From contig NC_057720.1 of assembly GCF_004010195.1 (NCBI RefSeq), positions 15,007,939-15,071,938 on the forward strand: a stretch of 64,000 bases of DNA. The letters are read 5' to 3'. This document shows, one piece after another, positions 12,290-24,490 of the stretch; position 1 is the first letter of the stretch; each line of letters opens with the position of its first letter. The notes beneath the pieces are model-generated. The model saw only the letters and a program-made list of their open reading frames with translations, searched no databases and was not told where the DNA came from. A program made the position numbers and the translations under genes. The DNA is from Chiloscyllium plagiosum (Eukaryota).

Positions 12290-14110
12290 ATGGTCAATAT
12301 GTTTTTTTTATCAAAGGGCAAACTTGTCCGACTAATTTATGAGAGCTTTGCAAGGAAATCTGAACGACATTGGATAGAGGGGAACCAGTTGTGTTTGAAC
12401 TTCCAGCAGACATATGGCAAGATAGCTCACAAAAGGCGAAGTCATAAGACAAGAGCCCATGGTATTGGAGGTAGTGTAATGGCATGGATAGGGATTTGGC
12501 TCATGGGCAGCAAAAAGTGAGTGGGATAAGGGGATCGCTTTCAGGTTGGCACAGGGGGTTCCACAGGGATCAGTGCTGGGACCATAACTGTTCACAAAAG
12601 GAAATGAATACATTGTCATCAGATTTACAGATGACTCAAAAATAAGTGGAAAGGCAGGTTGTGAAAGGGATGCAAGCAGTTTATAGAGAGAGTGGGGAGG
12701 CAATAGCCTAGTGGTATTATCGGTGGACTGTTAATTTGGAGACCCAGGTTCTAGTCCTGCTATGGCCGATGATGGAATTTGAATTCAACAGAAATCTGGA
12801 AGTAAGAGTCTAATGATGACCATGAATCCTTTGTCAATTGGTGGAAAAACTCATCTGGCTTGCTAATGTCCTTCAGGGATGGAAACAGCCATTCTGGTCT
12901 ACATGTGACTCCAGACCCACAGCTAATGTGGTTGACTCTTAACTATCCTCTGAGCAATTAGGGATTGGCAATAAATGCTGGCCCAGCCAGTGATATCCTC
13001 ATCCCATGAATAAATTTTCAAAAAATATTGATAGGTTAACTAAATGGCAAAAATTATGTAATGTGGAAAAATATGAAGATATTCGTTTTGGAACGAGAAA
13101 CAAAAGAAAATGGTGTTAGTGAAATGCGGAAATCAGCAGAAAGCTGCAACAGAGCTTAGGGGAAAACTTGTGCACGAAATACAGAAAGCAAGTACACAGG
13201 TGCAGCAGGTTTTCAGAAAGGTTACTGGAATGTTGGCCCTTATTTCAAGGGAGGAGAAGAATAGGGAAGTCTTACTGCAACTGCACAAGGTGTTGGTGAG
13301 CCCACGTCTGGAGTTTTAGCCCCTTATTTGAGAAAAGAAAACATTCATTGGAGGCAGTTCAAAGAAGGTTCCCTAGGGTCATCCCTACTATGGATGGACT
13401 GTATTATGTGCAAAGGCTAAACAAATTGAAACTCTACTCACTGGTACTTAGAAGAATGAGAGGTGATCTTAGAGTAAAGGGAAGACCTTTTAGAATGGAG
13501 ATAAGGAGAAACTTCTCTAGCCAGAGAGTGGTCAATCTATGAAATTCATTGCCACAGCAAACGGAAGAGGCCAGGTCATTGAGTATATTTAAGACAGCGA
13601 TAGGTAGGTTCTTGAGTATCAAGGAGATCAAGGGTTATGGGGAGAAAGCAGGAGAATGGGGTTGAGAAACTTAACAGCCATGATTGAATGGCAGAATAGA
13701 CTCAATGTGCTGAATGGCCTAATTTCTGCTCCTATGTCTTATGGTCTTATGACCTTATTGAAACATAACAGATTTCTAAGGGGCTTGACAGAGTAAATGC
13801 CAAGAGGATGTTTCCTGTCATGGGAGAGGCTAGGATCTGAGGGCGTTGTCTCAGAATAAAGGTGCCAATTTCAGACTGAGATGAGGAGGAACTTTTTCTC
13901 TCAGAGGCTTGAGAGTCTTTGGAACTCCTTGCCACAGAGCTGTGGAGGCAGAATTGTCGTGTACATCTAAGACTGAGATAGAAAGACTCTTGATGAGTAG
14001 GAGAATCAAGAGTTAAGGGGAAAGGGCAATAAAGTGGACATGAGGAATGTCAGATCAGCCATGATCCTAGTGAATGCAGGAGCAGGCTAGAGGGGCTGAA
14101 TGGCCAAAAC
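12290..14110 (+). mobile_element. Decayed CR1 RT/3' region with nested SINE and a nested second CR1 3' piece (about 13470-13748)
   Basis: GVPQGSVLGP, RFTDD and EAVQRRF-like motifs. Confidence 0.8.
12693..13022 (+). mobile_element. SacSINE1/DeuSINE-like tRNA-derived SINE
   Basis: Head ggggaggcaatagcctagtgg, internal catgtgactccagacccacagc, tail gcaataaatgctggc. Repeated at 56201 (+), 57165 (-), 47620 (-) and 45435 (+, partial). Family name is from recollection. Confidence 0.7.
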
Positions 14111-14563
14111 TATTTCATTTGGTCTTGCAGTCTTTATGTTCATGTTCTCAACATGGGCGAGAATAGTATTTATAACAAGATGCTCTGATCCAGAATGGAC
14201 ATTGAATATGTTCAATGAAGGCTTTCTAAAGGAAATTAGATTAAAATTTGACAAAAGGAAATAATTGTGAGGCTGAGGGAAAGAGCAGGGAAGTTGGACA
14301 GAGTGGATAGATTCTTTCAAGAGCAACCTCCAAATAACGCTAGGTCAAATCATTTCCTATATGCTGTATCTTTCCAAGTTTATATGCGGTGTTGCAAATA
14401 TTAGTCATAACTATCCTGAACCTTCGCTGCTCGTATGAAGCACTTTTCAGGCTGAACTCTGTTGAAGCCAAGTAGAAGTTTTGAAACATGTCAGCTGGAT
14501 TTTTTTGTGATGTTTATGTTTTCATTCCTCTTTGCAAGTAGCTTTCCCTTTTGTGTTTGGCAG

Positions 14564-14646
14564 GTTTTGTTGAGTTGGCTCTTGCCGAAGATCTCGAGAA
14601 AGAAAATTTTGGTTGCTGTTGTAAGTAGACAACACTTCGCCAGTAG
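14564..14646 (+). other. Candidate non-coding 5'-UTR exon of LRRC8C (83 nt)
   Basis: Pyrimidine-rich acceptor ttcccttttgtgtttggcag| and consensus donor AG|gtaagt. No ATG inside. Lies in repeat-free sequence 3.8 kb upstream of the first coding exon. Confidence 0.45.
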
Positions 14647-16894
14647 GTAAGTGTAAAAGTTTTCAAATCACTCATGGACTGGTGTTACTATCACCGGAGT
14701 CTGGTGCTTTCTTAGATACAGATGGTTAGAAACTGCTGCTTCTCTACAGGGGTCAGAGTTCAAAATGCAGCTCACACCGATTAAATGGCGCAATATGGAA
14801 TCATTTCTAACTCTCAAAGCAGAGGAGAGGGAGCTTCATTTAGCAGCTAACAATCTCATATTTAATTTTGGGAATATTTTGTACTGACTCTAGATGTTTT
14901 AATTGACAAGTAGCTTCCTCTGGGTAGGTGTGACTTCTTAGAAGGTAAAAGACAGATAGTGAAACTTGTGAATGAGAGACACTGGACTGTCTGATCTCAT
15001 ATGCTTCAAATTGAAGCCCCAGTATGACCAGTAGATTCACAATCTTTTCTTATTGGCTTTTCCCTGTGGGTCAGTAATGGAAGAGGGACACGGAATCGGA
15101 GGTGCTTTATGCCTAATCATATGAGTTTCCAAATCAAACTAATCTGTGGGTGCATTTTCTGAATCCAAATTAACTAATAGCTCAAGCGTTTATTTATTGG
15201 TTTATTTATTTTTTTTTGGCAGATTGGAAACCATTTGCTCCTAATCGCTAGATGTCGGTCCCACGTGCGTACATGTGACTCTGTTTTGTTGTGCATGCTG
15301 CAATATCAGAGACCCTTTAAAAGAAAGAGCTCATTAGCTATTTGTGAAAGTCAAATACTGACCTTTAATCACCAGTGGTTATGAGTGACAGTAGGTGGGG
15401 TGGTGGAGGAGGCAATGTTGAAGACCATTGTTACTGCAGTGGGGTAAATGCTCCAGAGCAAACATTCCAGATGAATGTGACCTGTCCTGGGCCTGCTAAC
15501 GGCAGCCTTCATGAGAGATGGTGGGGAGGGGGTGAGTGATGGGATGGAGTGAGAGACGCACTCTGTCCTGGGATATTGGTGAATTCAAGATTGGCCTCAA
15601 AGTAACATTCCCCAGACTCAAACATCCTTCTGACAGACATTGTTACGAATGACAGTCCTAGAAAATCTATCATCCATGGAAACATACTCCAGCCTGAGGA
15701 AACATAAGAATAAAAATTGAATTTTAAAAATTGGATCAATGGATGAATACATCACAGGATAGAGGTGGATTAATGCATGATGCAGTAGAGACACAAGACA
15801 TGCTCCAGTGCTTGGGAACGAGTTCACATTTCTGCTGAAACTCTAATCATGATGATTTTGGTCACGAGTTTCTTTCAATCACTCCCTTCTCCGGTAGTAC
15901 CATGACATGACCATGCGAGCTTGCTCAACACCATCTGCTCTCCAACTTCCAATGAGAGTTGTGATTCTGAAATCAGTGCTGCCACCATATTCAAGAAGTA
16001 TGCTGTCTAACCTACCTCTATCTTTAATCTCTCGCCTTCCAACTGCTTCTTCTTCCCCTTGGCATTCTGACCGAGTTCACACAAAGAGCACAGTCTCAAC
16101 CTTATCATTTATTACGCTCCTGCCCTTACACGAGTACTTTTGAAGGAAGCCCCTTCTAGCTCTCCATCACCTCGAATGTCCAGTCCTGGTCCACATTGTT
16201 AGTATGAGGTTTGTTATGGGTTTTCACTCATGACCTTATTACTGATGTTATATGTCTTGATAATGTCCAGGAATCATCAGTTCTTACCAGAGAAGTCCTT
16301 GAGGTATCTTATATGATCTTTGATGGACAAATCACTGCTTCATAGTTTCTCATCAATGTTCATGATTATCTCATTTTCTTGGGAAGTCTGTGCTGTATTT
16401 GATAGACTCTTCATTCATGTATTTCCTAGAACCTCACCATGAAATTCCTTATTAACATCAATGATCTCCTCCACTAAACTTCAGACTGTCTGCTGGTGAA
16501 CTAATGATTCAATTCTACATTTTAATAGCTTCCTTCAGATCTTTAGTTGCCAAAGGGCATGTAAACTCTGTTCCCCTCAATGTATTGGCTGGATTGCTCC
16601 ATCCTCAGCAGCTCTGTGACTCAGAGGGAGACGATAAAAAAATTATTTCAGTTCTCTTAAGGTCAGTTCCTTCAAGCGTCCCAAAACCAACCAGCAGCCA
16701 CTGTCATCTTTAGCCCTTTGTTTATTGATATCCCTTGCTGAACGACCTGCCCAGACCACAAATGGAACTCTTAAATTATTTACTTTATTTTTTGAAGATT
16801 ATTGTTCCACTTTTTCGTCATCAGATATATATTATTGTGAGTCATTTGAGTCCACAAGCTGTTATTCTCAAAACAGGTCTTTCTAATCTCTTAG

Positions 16895-17217
16895 TGGGCG
16901 GCACGGTGGCACAGTGGTTAGCACTGCTGCCTCACAGCGCCAGAGACCTGGGTTCAATTCCTGCCTCAGGCAAACTCACTGTGTGGAGTTTGCACGTTCT
17001 CCCCGTGTCTGCGTGGGTTTCCTCCGGGTGCTCCGGTTTCCTCCCACAGTCCAAAGATGTGCAGGGTCAGGTGAATTGGCCATGCTAAATTGCCCATAGT
17101 GTTAGGTAAGGGGTACATGTAGGGGTATGGGTGGGTTTCGCTTTGGCGGGTCGGTGTGGACTTGTTGGGCCGAAGGGCCTGTTTCCACACTGTAAGTAAT
17201 CTAATCTAATCTAATCA
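16895..17217 (+). mobile_element. HE1-like tRNA-derived V-SINE, young full-length copy
   Basis: A box tggcacagtgg and B box ggttcaattcc. V-domain gtgtggagtttgcacgttctccccgtgtctgcgtgggtttcctccggg. (taatc)n tail. Confidence 0.9.
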
Positions 17218-18473
17218 AACCTAGTTAATGTACAAGAAAATGCTTATATACATCTTTCCCCCTCTCTCTGTATGGGTAAGGGTAAGTGCTGCTCGCAACC
17301 TTCATTTTTGTTGCATTTATGCCTCTCGTATGTCATCCTAAATACTCTCCCTCTCCGCTCATCCTAAAGCACCATTACCACTCTCCATCCTTCCTTCTTC
17401 TTCCATCCTTTAGGCTTCACAATCCACACTTAACACCAGCTAACTGCTACCTCGGATACGCCTCATCCATTTCAATCCTTGGCCCTTCACCTTAGCTGCT
17501 CAGTTTGAAGCAAGTTGTTCCATCAGGTTGATGTACTAAACCACCTCAGCCTTGGGTTCAGTAGAAGCCTTTGATCTCTGGGACCTGGTCATAAAATTAT
17601 TCCGGGCAGTCTTGATCCATTTCTTTTCAGGGTTCCTAAAGGTCTGGAGCAAACTGTACAAAATCACATTAGATAGCTAGTGGAGAAAGGTGAGATCCTG
17701 TTTCAGAGGACCAAGATTCCTCACCTTCACCTGACCTCGATTAATGAACTCCTTTCAATTGTTAGTTAATCACGGAGCAAAAGGAGCATAAATTAAAGGC
17801 AATGTGCCCATGTCAAAATCAAGTCAGTTGTTTATATTAGGACAAGGCTCAAAAAATTCAAAATGATATCACTCGTGGTGAAGTGATGCTGAATTTCCGA
17901 TTTTGAAATTCTTATATTGCAACTTCCAAAGAATTCACACAGCATTTTTTAAATTCTCAGTGGGAACTGGGAATCAATTCGCAATCAATAAAGTATTTTT
18001 GATGAGTTGTTACTGTTGCAAAATATTAACCTGACCTATACCTTGATTGTACAGATATATATGTCTATGCTAACCCCATGACCATATTAAATTATTTTAG
18101 TAGCTAGTCACATATTAAAGGAGTTGGAAATGGATCTTATACCATAATACATTTTACAAAAAATATATGTGCATGGGTGGGATGTATGGGATGATACAGC
18201 TCTATGCGTTTGTGTAAAAGCACTGTAAGTGAAATTTCCCATTGAATAAATGCAGCGGCCATCAAAATATTAATGAGATGGGCAGCTCCCTGTCATTAGC
18301 ATTCCATTAGCAATGGAACAAAACTAACTTTCAGCGCAATGGTCAAGTGTGCAAAATCAGCTTCGATTGCAGTTCAAGGCTTTCACTTAACAACTAACAC
18401 ATACAGATTCACATATGATCATGCAGGTTTTCAAATTATTTCTTTAAAACTCCATCTTGTTTTGACAGGAACT

Positions 18474-18611
18474 ATGATTCCAGTCACGGAGTTTAAGCAG
18501 TTTACTGACCACCAGCCTGCGTTTAGAGTGTTGAAACCATGGTGGGATGTCTTCACCGACTACATAGCCATCGCCATGTTGATGATCGGTGTGTTCGGAT
18601 GCACATTACAG
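18474..18611 (+). CDS. LRRC8C: LRRC8C (VRAC subunit) first coding exon, 46 codons: N-terminus and TM1
   Basis: Translates [46 protein letters not shown], the LRRC8C-type N-terminus. Acceptor tttgacag ends at 18468, so the exon starts at 18469, 5 nt before the ATG. Phase-0 donor CAG|gtacgt at 18611/18612. Confidence 0.96.
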
Positions 18612-19085
18612 GTACGTTTCCAAAGACTTTAAAAGCTGATGTTAATTGTTTTAGTGCCCTTTAGCCACTTTTGTTTTAATACAAGTGGATGCTGACTTTC
18701 CCATTTTGTGATCAATTTTGTTTTGTGGTACTTTTTGAGATGCTTCCTTTAAAACCATATCGACAGCGTCTGTTGTATTCCATGCATCAACCTTCTCTGT
18801 CACTTCATCAAAAAAATTCAACTGCTTGAGTCAAATACCATTTGTCTTTTACAAATCCTTCTGCTGGCTCCCCTGAAACCTCTCTCTGTGAGTTATTTAT
18901 TTCTTTGTTGTTTCTATAAACTTGCCAATCACTGATGTGAAGATGCCCAGCTATGAGGAAAGTCCTTACAATTTTCTGGCTGCCACTCTGAAATCCTCTC
19001 GCACCTCCTTTGTATCTAGGAACATCTTGAAGAGATTGACCAACTCTAGTTACTACTGTTTTGCCAGTATCCTGTTACTTGATTA

Positions 19086-19715
19086 ACAGTCAGTGGGGGA
19101 GCACTTTGGGGCCAGCGACCATAATTCTATTCGTTTTAAAATAGTGATGGAAAGGATAGACCAGATCTAAAAGTTGAAGTTCTAAATTGGAGAAAAGCCA
19201 ATTTTGACAGTATTAGGCAAGAACTTTCGAAAGCTGATTGGAGGCAGATGTTCGCAGGTAAAGGGACGGCTGGAAAATGGGAAGCCTTCAGAAATGAGAT
19301 AACAAGAATCCAGAGAAAGTATATTCCTGTCAGGGTGAAAGGGAAGGCTGGTAGGTATAGGGAATGCTGGATGACTAAAGAAACTGAGGGTTTGGTTAAG
19401 AAAAAGAAGGAAGCATATGTAAGGTATAGACAGGATAGATTGAGTGAATCCTAGTATTTACTGTGGAAAAGGATATGGAAGATATAGACTGTAGGGAAAT
19501 AGATGGTAATATCTTGCAAAATATCCAGATTACAGAGGAGGAAGTGCTGGATGTCTTGAAACGGTTAAAGGTGGATAAATCCCCAGGACGTGATCAAGTG
19601 TATCCGAGAACTCTGTGGGAAGCTAGAGAAGTGATTGCTGGGCCTCTTGCTGAGATATTTGTATCATCAATAGCCACAGGTGAGGTGCGGGAAGACTGGA
19701 GGTTGGCAAATTGGA
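19086..19715 (+). mobile_element. Internally deleted CR1 fragment, same family as 7511-10390
   Basis: Near-identical to about 8230-8595, then jumps to the KVDKSPGRDQVYPRTLWE region. Confidence 0.88.
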
Positions 19716-20096
19716 GGTGACTATAATAATAAGCAGGAAGGAGAGATGGGAAAATTATAAAGCTCAAAAGCAACAAGTTTGAGGAATCAAAATAAGATGT
19801 CTTCTCTGTCAAAAAAGTGAAGTATTACATTCCAAATGAGTAAAAGAAGAATTGGTGCTGTTTAAGATGTTCATCGGTGGAGGTTTTGTGGTGCATCACT
19901 GCCTCTGAACCAGACAACTCCACGGTTCAAGTCCCACTTCAGGACTTGATGCTCAAGGAAGGCACTTAGTGGCCAAACATACTGAGTGTTAACCTGAGAC
20001 TCCTTCCAAAGGTGACCGGCTTAGAGAGCTGGTGAGATTCCCAGTCAGCCCTGTGAGGGGAGGAATATTGGAGCCTCCACCATCACTATCAATACA

Positions 20097-21060
20097 AACT
20101 AAGAGCAGAAGTACATTCCTTGAGCCTGCTCTGCTACTCAGTGAGATTGTGACTGATCTGATTGCACCATGTAGGAGACAGTGAGGTCTGCAGATGCTGG
20201 AGATCAGAGTTGAGAGTGTGTTGCTGGAAAAGCACAGCAGGTTAGGCAGCATCCAAGGAGCAGGAAAATCGACGCTTCGAGCCAGAGCCATTAACCAGGA
20301 TTCCTGATGAAGATCTCCGGCACGAAGCATCGATTTTCCTGCTCCTAGAATGCTGCCTGACCTGCTGTGCTTTTCCAGCATCACACTCTAAACGTGATTG
20401 CACCATGTTCCTGCCTATCTCCAATAATCTCCACCCCCTTGCAGAAGTCTCCGAAGACAAACACGTGCATGCAAAAAGTGCAATTTGGGCTCACCCTCTG
20501 GCTGAAGAAATTCCTCCTCATCTCAGTTCTAAAGGGTCATCCTTCTCTCTGAGACTATGCCCATGGCTCCTAGTCTTTCCTACTCTAGCAGCAACCTCTT
20601 CACTCTATCCAGACCTCTCAGTATGCTGTACATTTCAGTGAGATTCCCATCGTGCTTTGAAACTCCATCAATTCCGACCCAGAGTCCTCAACTGCTCCTC
20701 ATATGACGAGCTCTTCATCCCCAGGATCATTCTTGTAAACCTCTTCTGGACCTCCTCCAACATTAGCACATCCTTCCTGAGATACATGGCCCAAAACTGC
20801 TCACAGTATTCCAAATGTAATCTGACCAGAGCCTTATGCAGCCTCAGCAGTACATCCCTGCTCTTGTATTGTAACCTTCGTGAAATGAATGCTAACATTG
20901 CATTTGCCTTCTGAACTGCCAATTGAACCTATCTGTTAACCTTAAGAGAATACTGAACTGGAACTCTGAAGACCTTTTGTGCTTCAGATTTCCGAAGCCT
21001 TTTACGGTTTAGAAAATAGTCTACACCTTTATTCTTCCAACCAAAGTGCACAACCTCCCA
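20097..21060 (-). mobile_element. CR1 3' fragment
   Basis: Minus ORF 20668-20922 reads [24 protein letters not shown]. Confidence 0.82.
20173..20394. mobile_element. Palindromic PLE family A element in the LRRC8C intron
   Basis: Inverted arms. 14-bp TSD tgattgcaccatgt at 20159-20172 and 20395-20408. Nested in a minus-strand CR1. Confidence 0.85.
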
Positions 21061-21474
21061 GTTATTGGGACCAGTTTCTTATAAGAGAACAACTCTGTCA
21101 TCCTCTGGGATTATGGTGAATTTACTTTCATTAGATTACATTTAGATTGTAGAACCTAAAACATTCCAGTAAATGAGCTGGACATGTATTTAAAATAGTT
21201 TATTAAATACTATATATTGAATACATTAAGATGTTTGAATATTGCTTGATAGTTGAATAAAGTTTCGGGCACAGTGGCTCAGTGGTTAGCACTGCTGCCT
21301 CACAGCGCCAGGGCCTTGGGTTTGATTCCAACCTCGGGCAGCTGTCTGTGTGCAGTTTGTACATTCTCCCCATATCTATGTGGGTTTCCTCCAGGTGCTC
21401 CGATTTCCTTCCACAGTCCAAAGAAGTGCACGTTAGCTGGACTGGCCATGCTAAATTGCCCCGTGATGTCCAGG

Positions 21475-21694
21475 TAAAAACAATGACTGCAGATGCTGGA
21501 AACCAGATTCTGGATTAGTGGCGCTGGAAGAGCACAGCAGCATCCGAGGAGCAGTAAATTCGACGTTTCGGGCAAAAGCCCTTCATCAAGAATAAAGGCA
21601 GTGAGCCTGACGCATGGCTCACTGCCTTTATTCCTGATGAAGGGCTTTTGCCCGAAACGTCGATTTCGAAGCTCCTTGGATGCTGCCTGCACTG
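21475..21694. mobile_element. Palindromic PLE family A variant nested in an HE1-like SINE, LRRC8C intron
   Basis: Arms about 21537-21607 and 21616-21686 with an 8-nt loop. 14-bp TSD ccgtgatgtccagg at 21461-21474 and 21695-21708. Confidence 0.85.
21629..21666 (+). ncRNA. Minimal type I hammerhead ribozyme motif (sense to LRRC8C)
   Basis: tattc CTGATGA a gggc tttt gccc GAA ACGT C gattt. Core intact; helix I short and imperfect. Confidence 0.65.
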
Positions 21695-22329
21695 CCGTGA
21701 TGTCCAGGGATGTACAAGTGAGTTAGCCGTGGGAGATGCAGGGTTACAGGGTTGGGTTGGGCCTGGATGGGATGCTGTTTGGAGGGTCAATGTGGACTTG
21801 TTGGGCCAAATAGCCTGCTACCACACTGTAGGGATTCTGTGAAACAAAATATGCAGGTTGAGTGGTTTGCACTTTTAGACTGTGATCAGTGATGCTCATT
21901 CATTGACGGGGATGTGCTGCCATCTTCTGGATTGCAATGGTATTATTAAAAGGAGCTTGCAGTAGATACATGAACTTGTCACGGGGCCATTGTAATCTCA
22001 TTCTATAGATTTATTTTGCTGTATGAAATTTCCCCTGATAATTTTCATACAACAGAATAAATCTATATATTTACGTGCTTGTTGACTGGTGGTTTTTCTT
22101 TGAATAATAACTAAAGCAATGAATATTTGGTAAATTTCACTTATTGCCTTAATTACAAGAACATCACAGTTTGAAAAAACTCTCTGCAGTGCTATAGGTC
22201 TGCCTCATTTGCCTCAGTGGGTATCAGTCTTGCCTCTGGATCAGAAAGTTCTTGGTTTACGTCCCACCCAAGACAGTCCAGGTTGAAACTCCAGGAAGTG
22301 ATGCACTGTCTGGTGAGACAAAAAATTCC

Positions 22330-23675
22330 CTGAAAAATAATTCCAAGGCACTAGGGCAGTTGATAAGGCTGAAGCATTTTCAGTCAGAAATGCCAAGTGG
22401 ATGATCCATCTCGGCCTCCTCCAGTGGTCCCCATCATTACAGATACCAGTCTTCAACCAATTCAGTTCACTCTACATGACACCAAGAAGCAGCTGGAGGC
22501 ACTGGATACTGCAAAGTCTATGGGCCCTGACAACACTCCAGCATTGGTACTGAGGTCTTGTGCACCAGAACATGTTGCACTCATAGCCAAGCTGTTCCAG
22601 TACAACCACAAAACTGACATCTACCCAACATTGTGGAAAATTGCCCACATCGGTCCTCTTCACAAAAAGACCTTGGTTATTCACTCTATCCATGTCCCTC
22701 ATGATTTTATAAACCTCTATAAAATCACCTCTCAGCCTCAACACTCCAGGGAAAACAGCCCAGCCTGTTCAGCCTCTCCCTACAGCTCAAATCCTCCAAC
22801 CCTGGCAACATCTTTGTAAATCTTTTGTGAACCCTTTCAAGTTTCATAACACCTTTCCTATAGCAGGGAGACCAGAATTGAATGCGGTATTCCAAAAATG
22901 GTGTCACCAATGTCCTGCACAACTGCAACTTAACCTCCTAATTCCTATACTCAATGCACTGACCAATAAAGGCAAGTATATCGAATGACTTGTTCATTAT
23001 CCTGTCTATCTACAACTCCACATTCAATAAACTATGAACCTGCATTCGAAGGTCTATTTGTTCAGCAGCACTCCCCAGGACCTTACCATTAAGTGTATAA
23101 GTCCTGCTCAATTTGCTTTTCCAAAATGCGGCACCTCACATTTATCTAAATTAAACTCCATCTGCCATTCCTCAGCTCATTGGCCATCTGATCAAGATCC
23201 CATTGCATTCTGAGGAAACCTTCTTTGCTATCTATTAGACCACCTATTTTGATGTCACAGAGTCATATAGCATGGAAACAGATCCTTCAGTTGAACCAGT
23301 CCATCAACAGTGCTATCAAGCATTACTTACTGAGAAATAACCTGCTCAATTTGCTCTGTTTGGTTTCCACCAGGTAGATGGATAATGTGAGGCTATGCAT
23401 GTTGGCAGGTGAATAGAGGAGCTGAATATTATTTGAACAGAGAGAGAGATTTCAGAAGGCTGCAACACAGAGCGATTTGGGGATCCTTGTGCATAAATCA
23501 CAAAACGTTTGCATCCAAGTTTAGCAAGTAATGAGGAAAGCAAATGGAATGCTGGCCTTTATTTTAAAGGGAGTGAGTATAAAAATAGGGAGGTCTTGCT
23601 AAACCTATACAAGGCAATAGTCAGACAATGCCTGGAATATCGTGAAGAACTTTTGGACTCCTTATCTAAAGAAAG
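22330..23675. mobile_element. Cluster of LINE fragments: CR1/L2-like (+, 22330-22665), CR1 (-, 22670-23260), CR1 (+, 23340-23675)
   Basis: LDTAKSMGPDNTPALVLRSCAPE on +; LERVHKRFTKMLPGLE on -. Confidence 0.78.
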
Positions 23676-23689
23676 ATTTTTTTTTGATT

Positions 23690-24080
23690 TGATGTATTAT
23701 TGACTAATGTTCTGAGGTACAGTGAAAAATATTGTTTTACGTGCTGTCCAGGCAAATCATACCTTACATAAATACAGCAGGGTAACCGAACAAAATGCAG
23801 AATACTGTTACAGTTCCAGAGGATGTGCAGAGAACGATCAACTCCAATATACAAGAGATCTTTTCGTAAGTCTGATAACAGCAGGGAAGAAGCTATTCTT
23901 GAATGTTTTGGTATGCATTTCCAAACTTTTGTATCTTCTGCCCAATGGAAGAGTCAATAGAAGGAAGGGTGGTTTTCATGATGGACTGAGTTGCATTCAC
24001 AACTCTCTGTTATTTCTTACAGTCTTGGGCAAGGTAGTTGCATTACTAAGCTATGGTGCATCCAGATAGGATGCTTTATA
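23690..24080 (-). mobile_element. Rex1/Babar-like LINE 3' end
   Basis: Aligns with about 61400-61950. Minus strand encodes an LPLGRRYKSLE...FKNSFFPAVIRL-type C-terminus. Confidence 0.65.
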
Positions 24081-24087
24081 GAATTTA

Positions 24088-24127
24088 ACAAACGTTTCGT
24101 CCCCTGGCTAGGCGACATCATCAGTGC
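24088..24127 (-). ncRNA. Minimal type I hammerhead ribozyme motif (family C)
   Basis: Minus strand gca CTGATGA t gtcgcct agcc aggggac GAA ACGT T tgt. Core intact, helix II 6 of 7 pairs, helix I 3 bp including a G-U. Confidence 0.7.
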
Positions 24128-24490
24128 TTGGGAGCCTCCTGCGAAGCGCTTCTTTGATGTTTCCTCACCAGAACGAAGGACCCGATACCCAACATGAGCA
24201 AGACGAATGTAGTGTGCAAAATACCATGCAAGGACTGCACTAAACACTATATAGGACAAACAGGAAGACAGCTAACAATCCGCATACATGAACATCAACT
24301 AGCCACGAAACGACACGACCAGCTATACTTAGTAGCCACACACGCAGACAACAAGCAACATGAATACGACTGGGACAACACTACTACCATAGGGCAAGAG
24401 GGGACGAAACGTTTTCAACAAAAACTTCCAGCTCGGCGAACAGAACCACAACAACGAGCACCCGAGCTACAAATCTTCGCACAAACTTTG
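24091..24490 (+). mobile_element. Penelope/Poseidon-like PLE fragment (family C): GIY-YIG remnant with inverted 5' pLTR piece
   Basis: ORF 24194-24499 reads NVVCKIPCKDCTKHYIGQTGRQLTIRIHEHQLA..HEYDWDNTTTIGQ. 11-bp TSD agaatttaaca at 24080-24090 and 24491-24501. Confidence 0.85.

Larger units (their letters stand above)
21267..21840 (+). mobile_element. HE1-like V-SINE containing a nested PLE hairpin
   Basis: Similarity to 16895-17217. Confidence 0.85.

Noticed and set aside
16895..16975. tRNA gene
   Set aside because: The A and B boxes belong to the SINE head and continue into the V-domain and tail.
18339..18473. 45-codon in-frame N-terminal extension of LRRC8C
   Set aside because: Lies mostly upstream of the splice acceptor at 18468. 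LRRC8C starts at MIPVTE.
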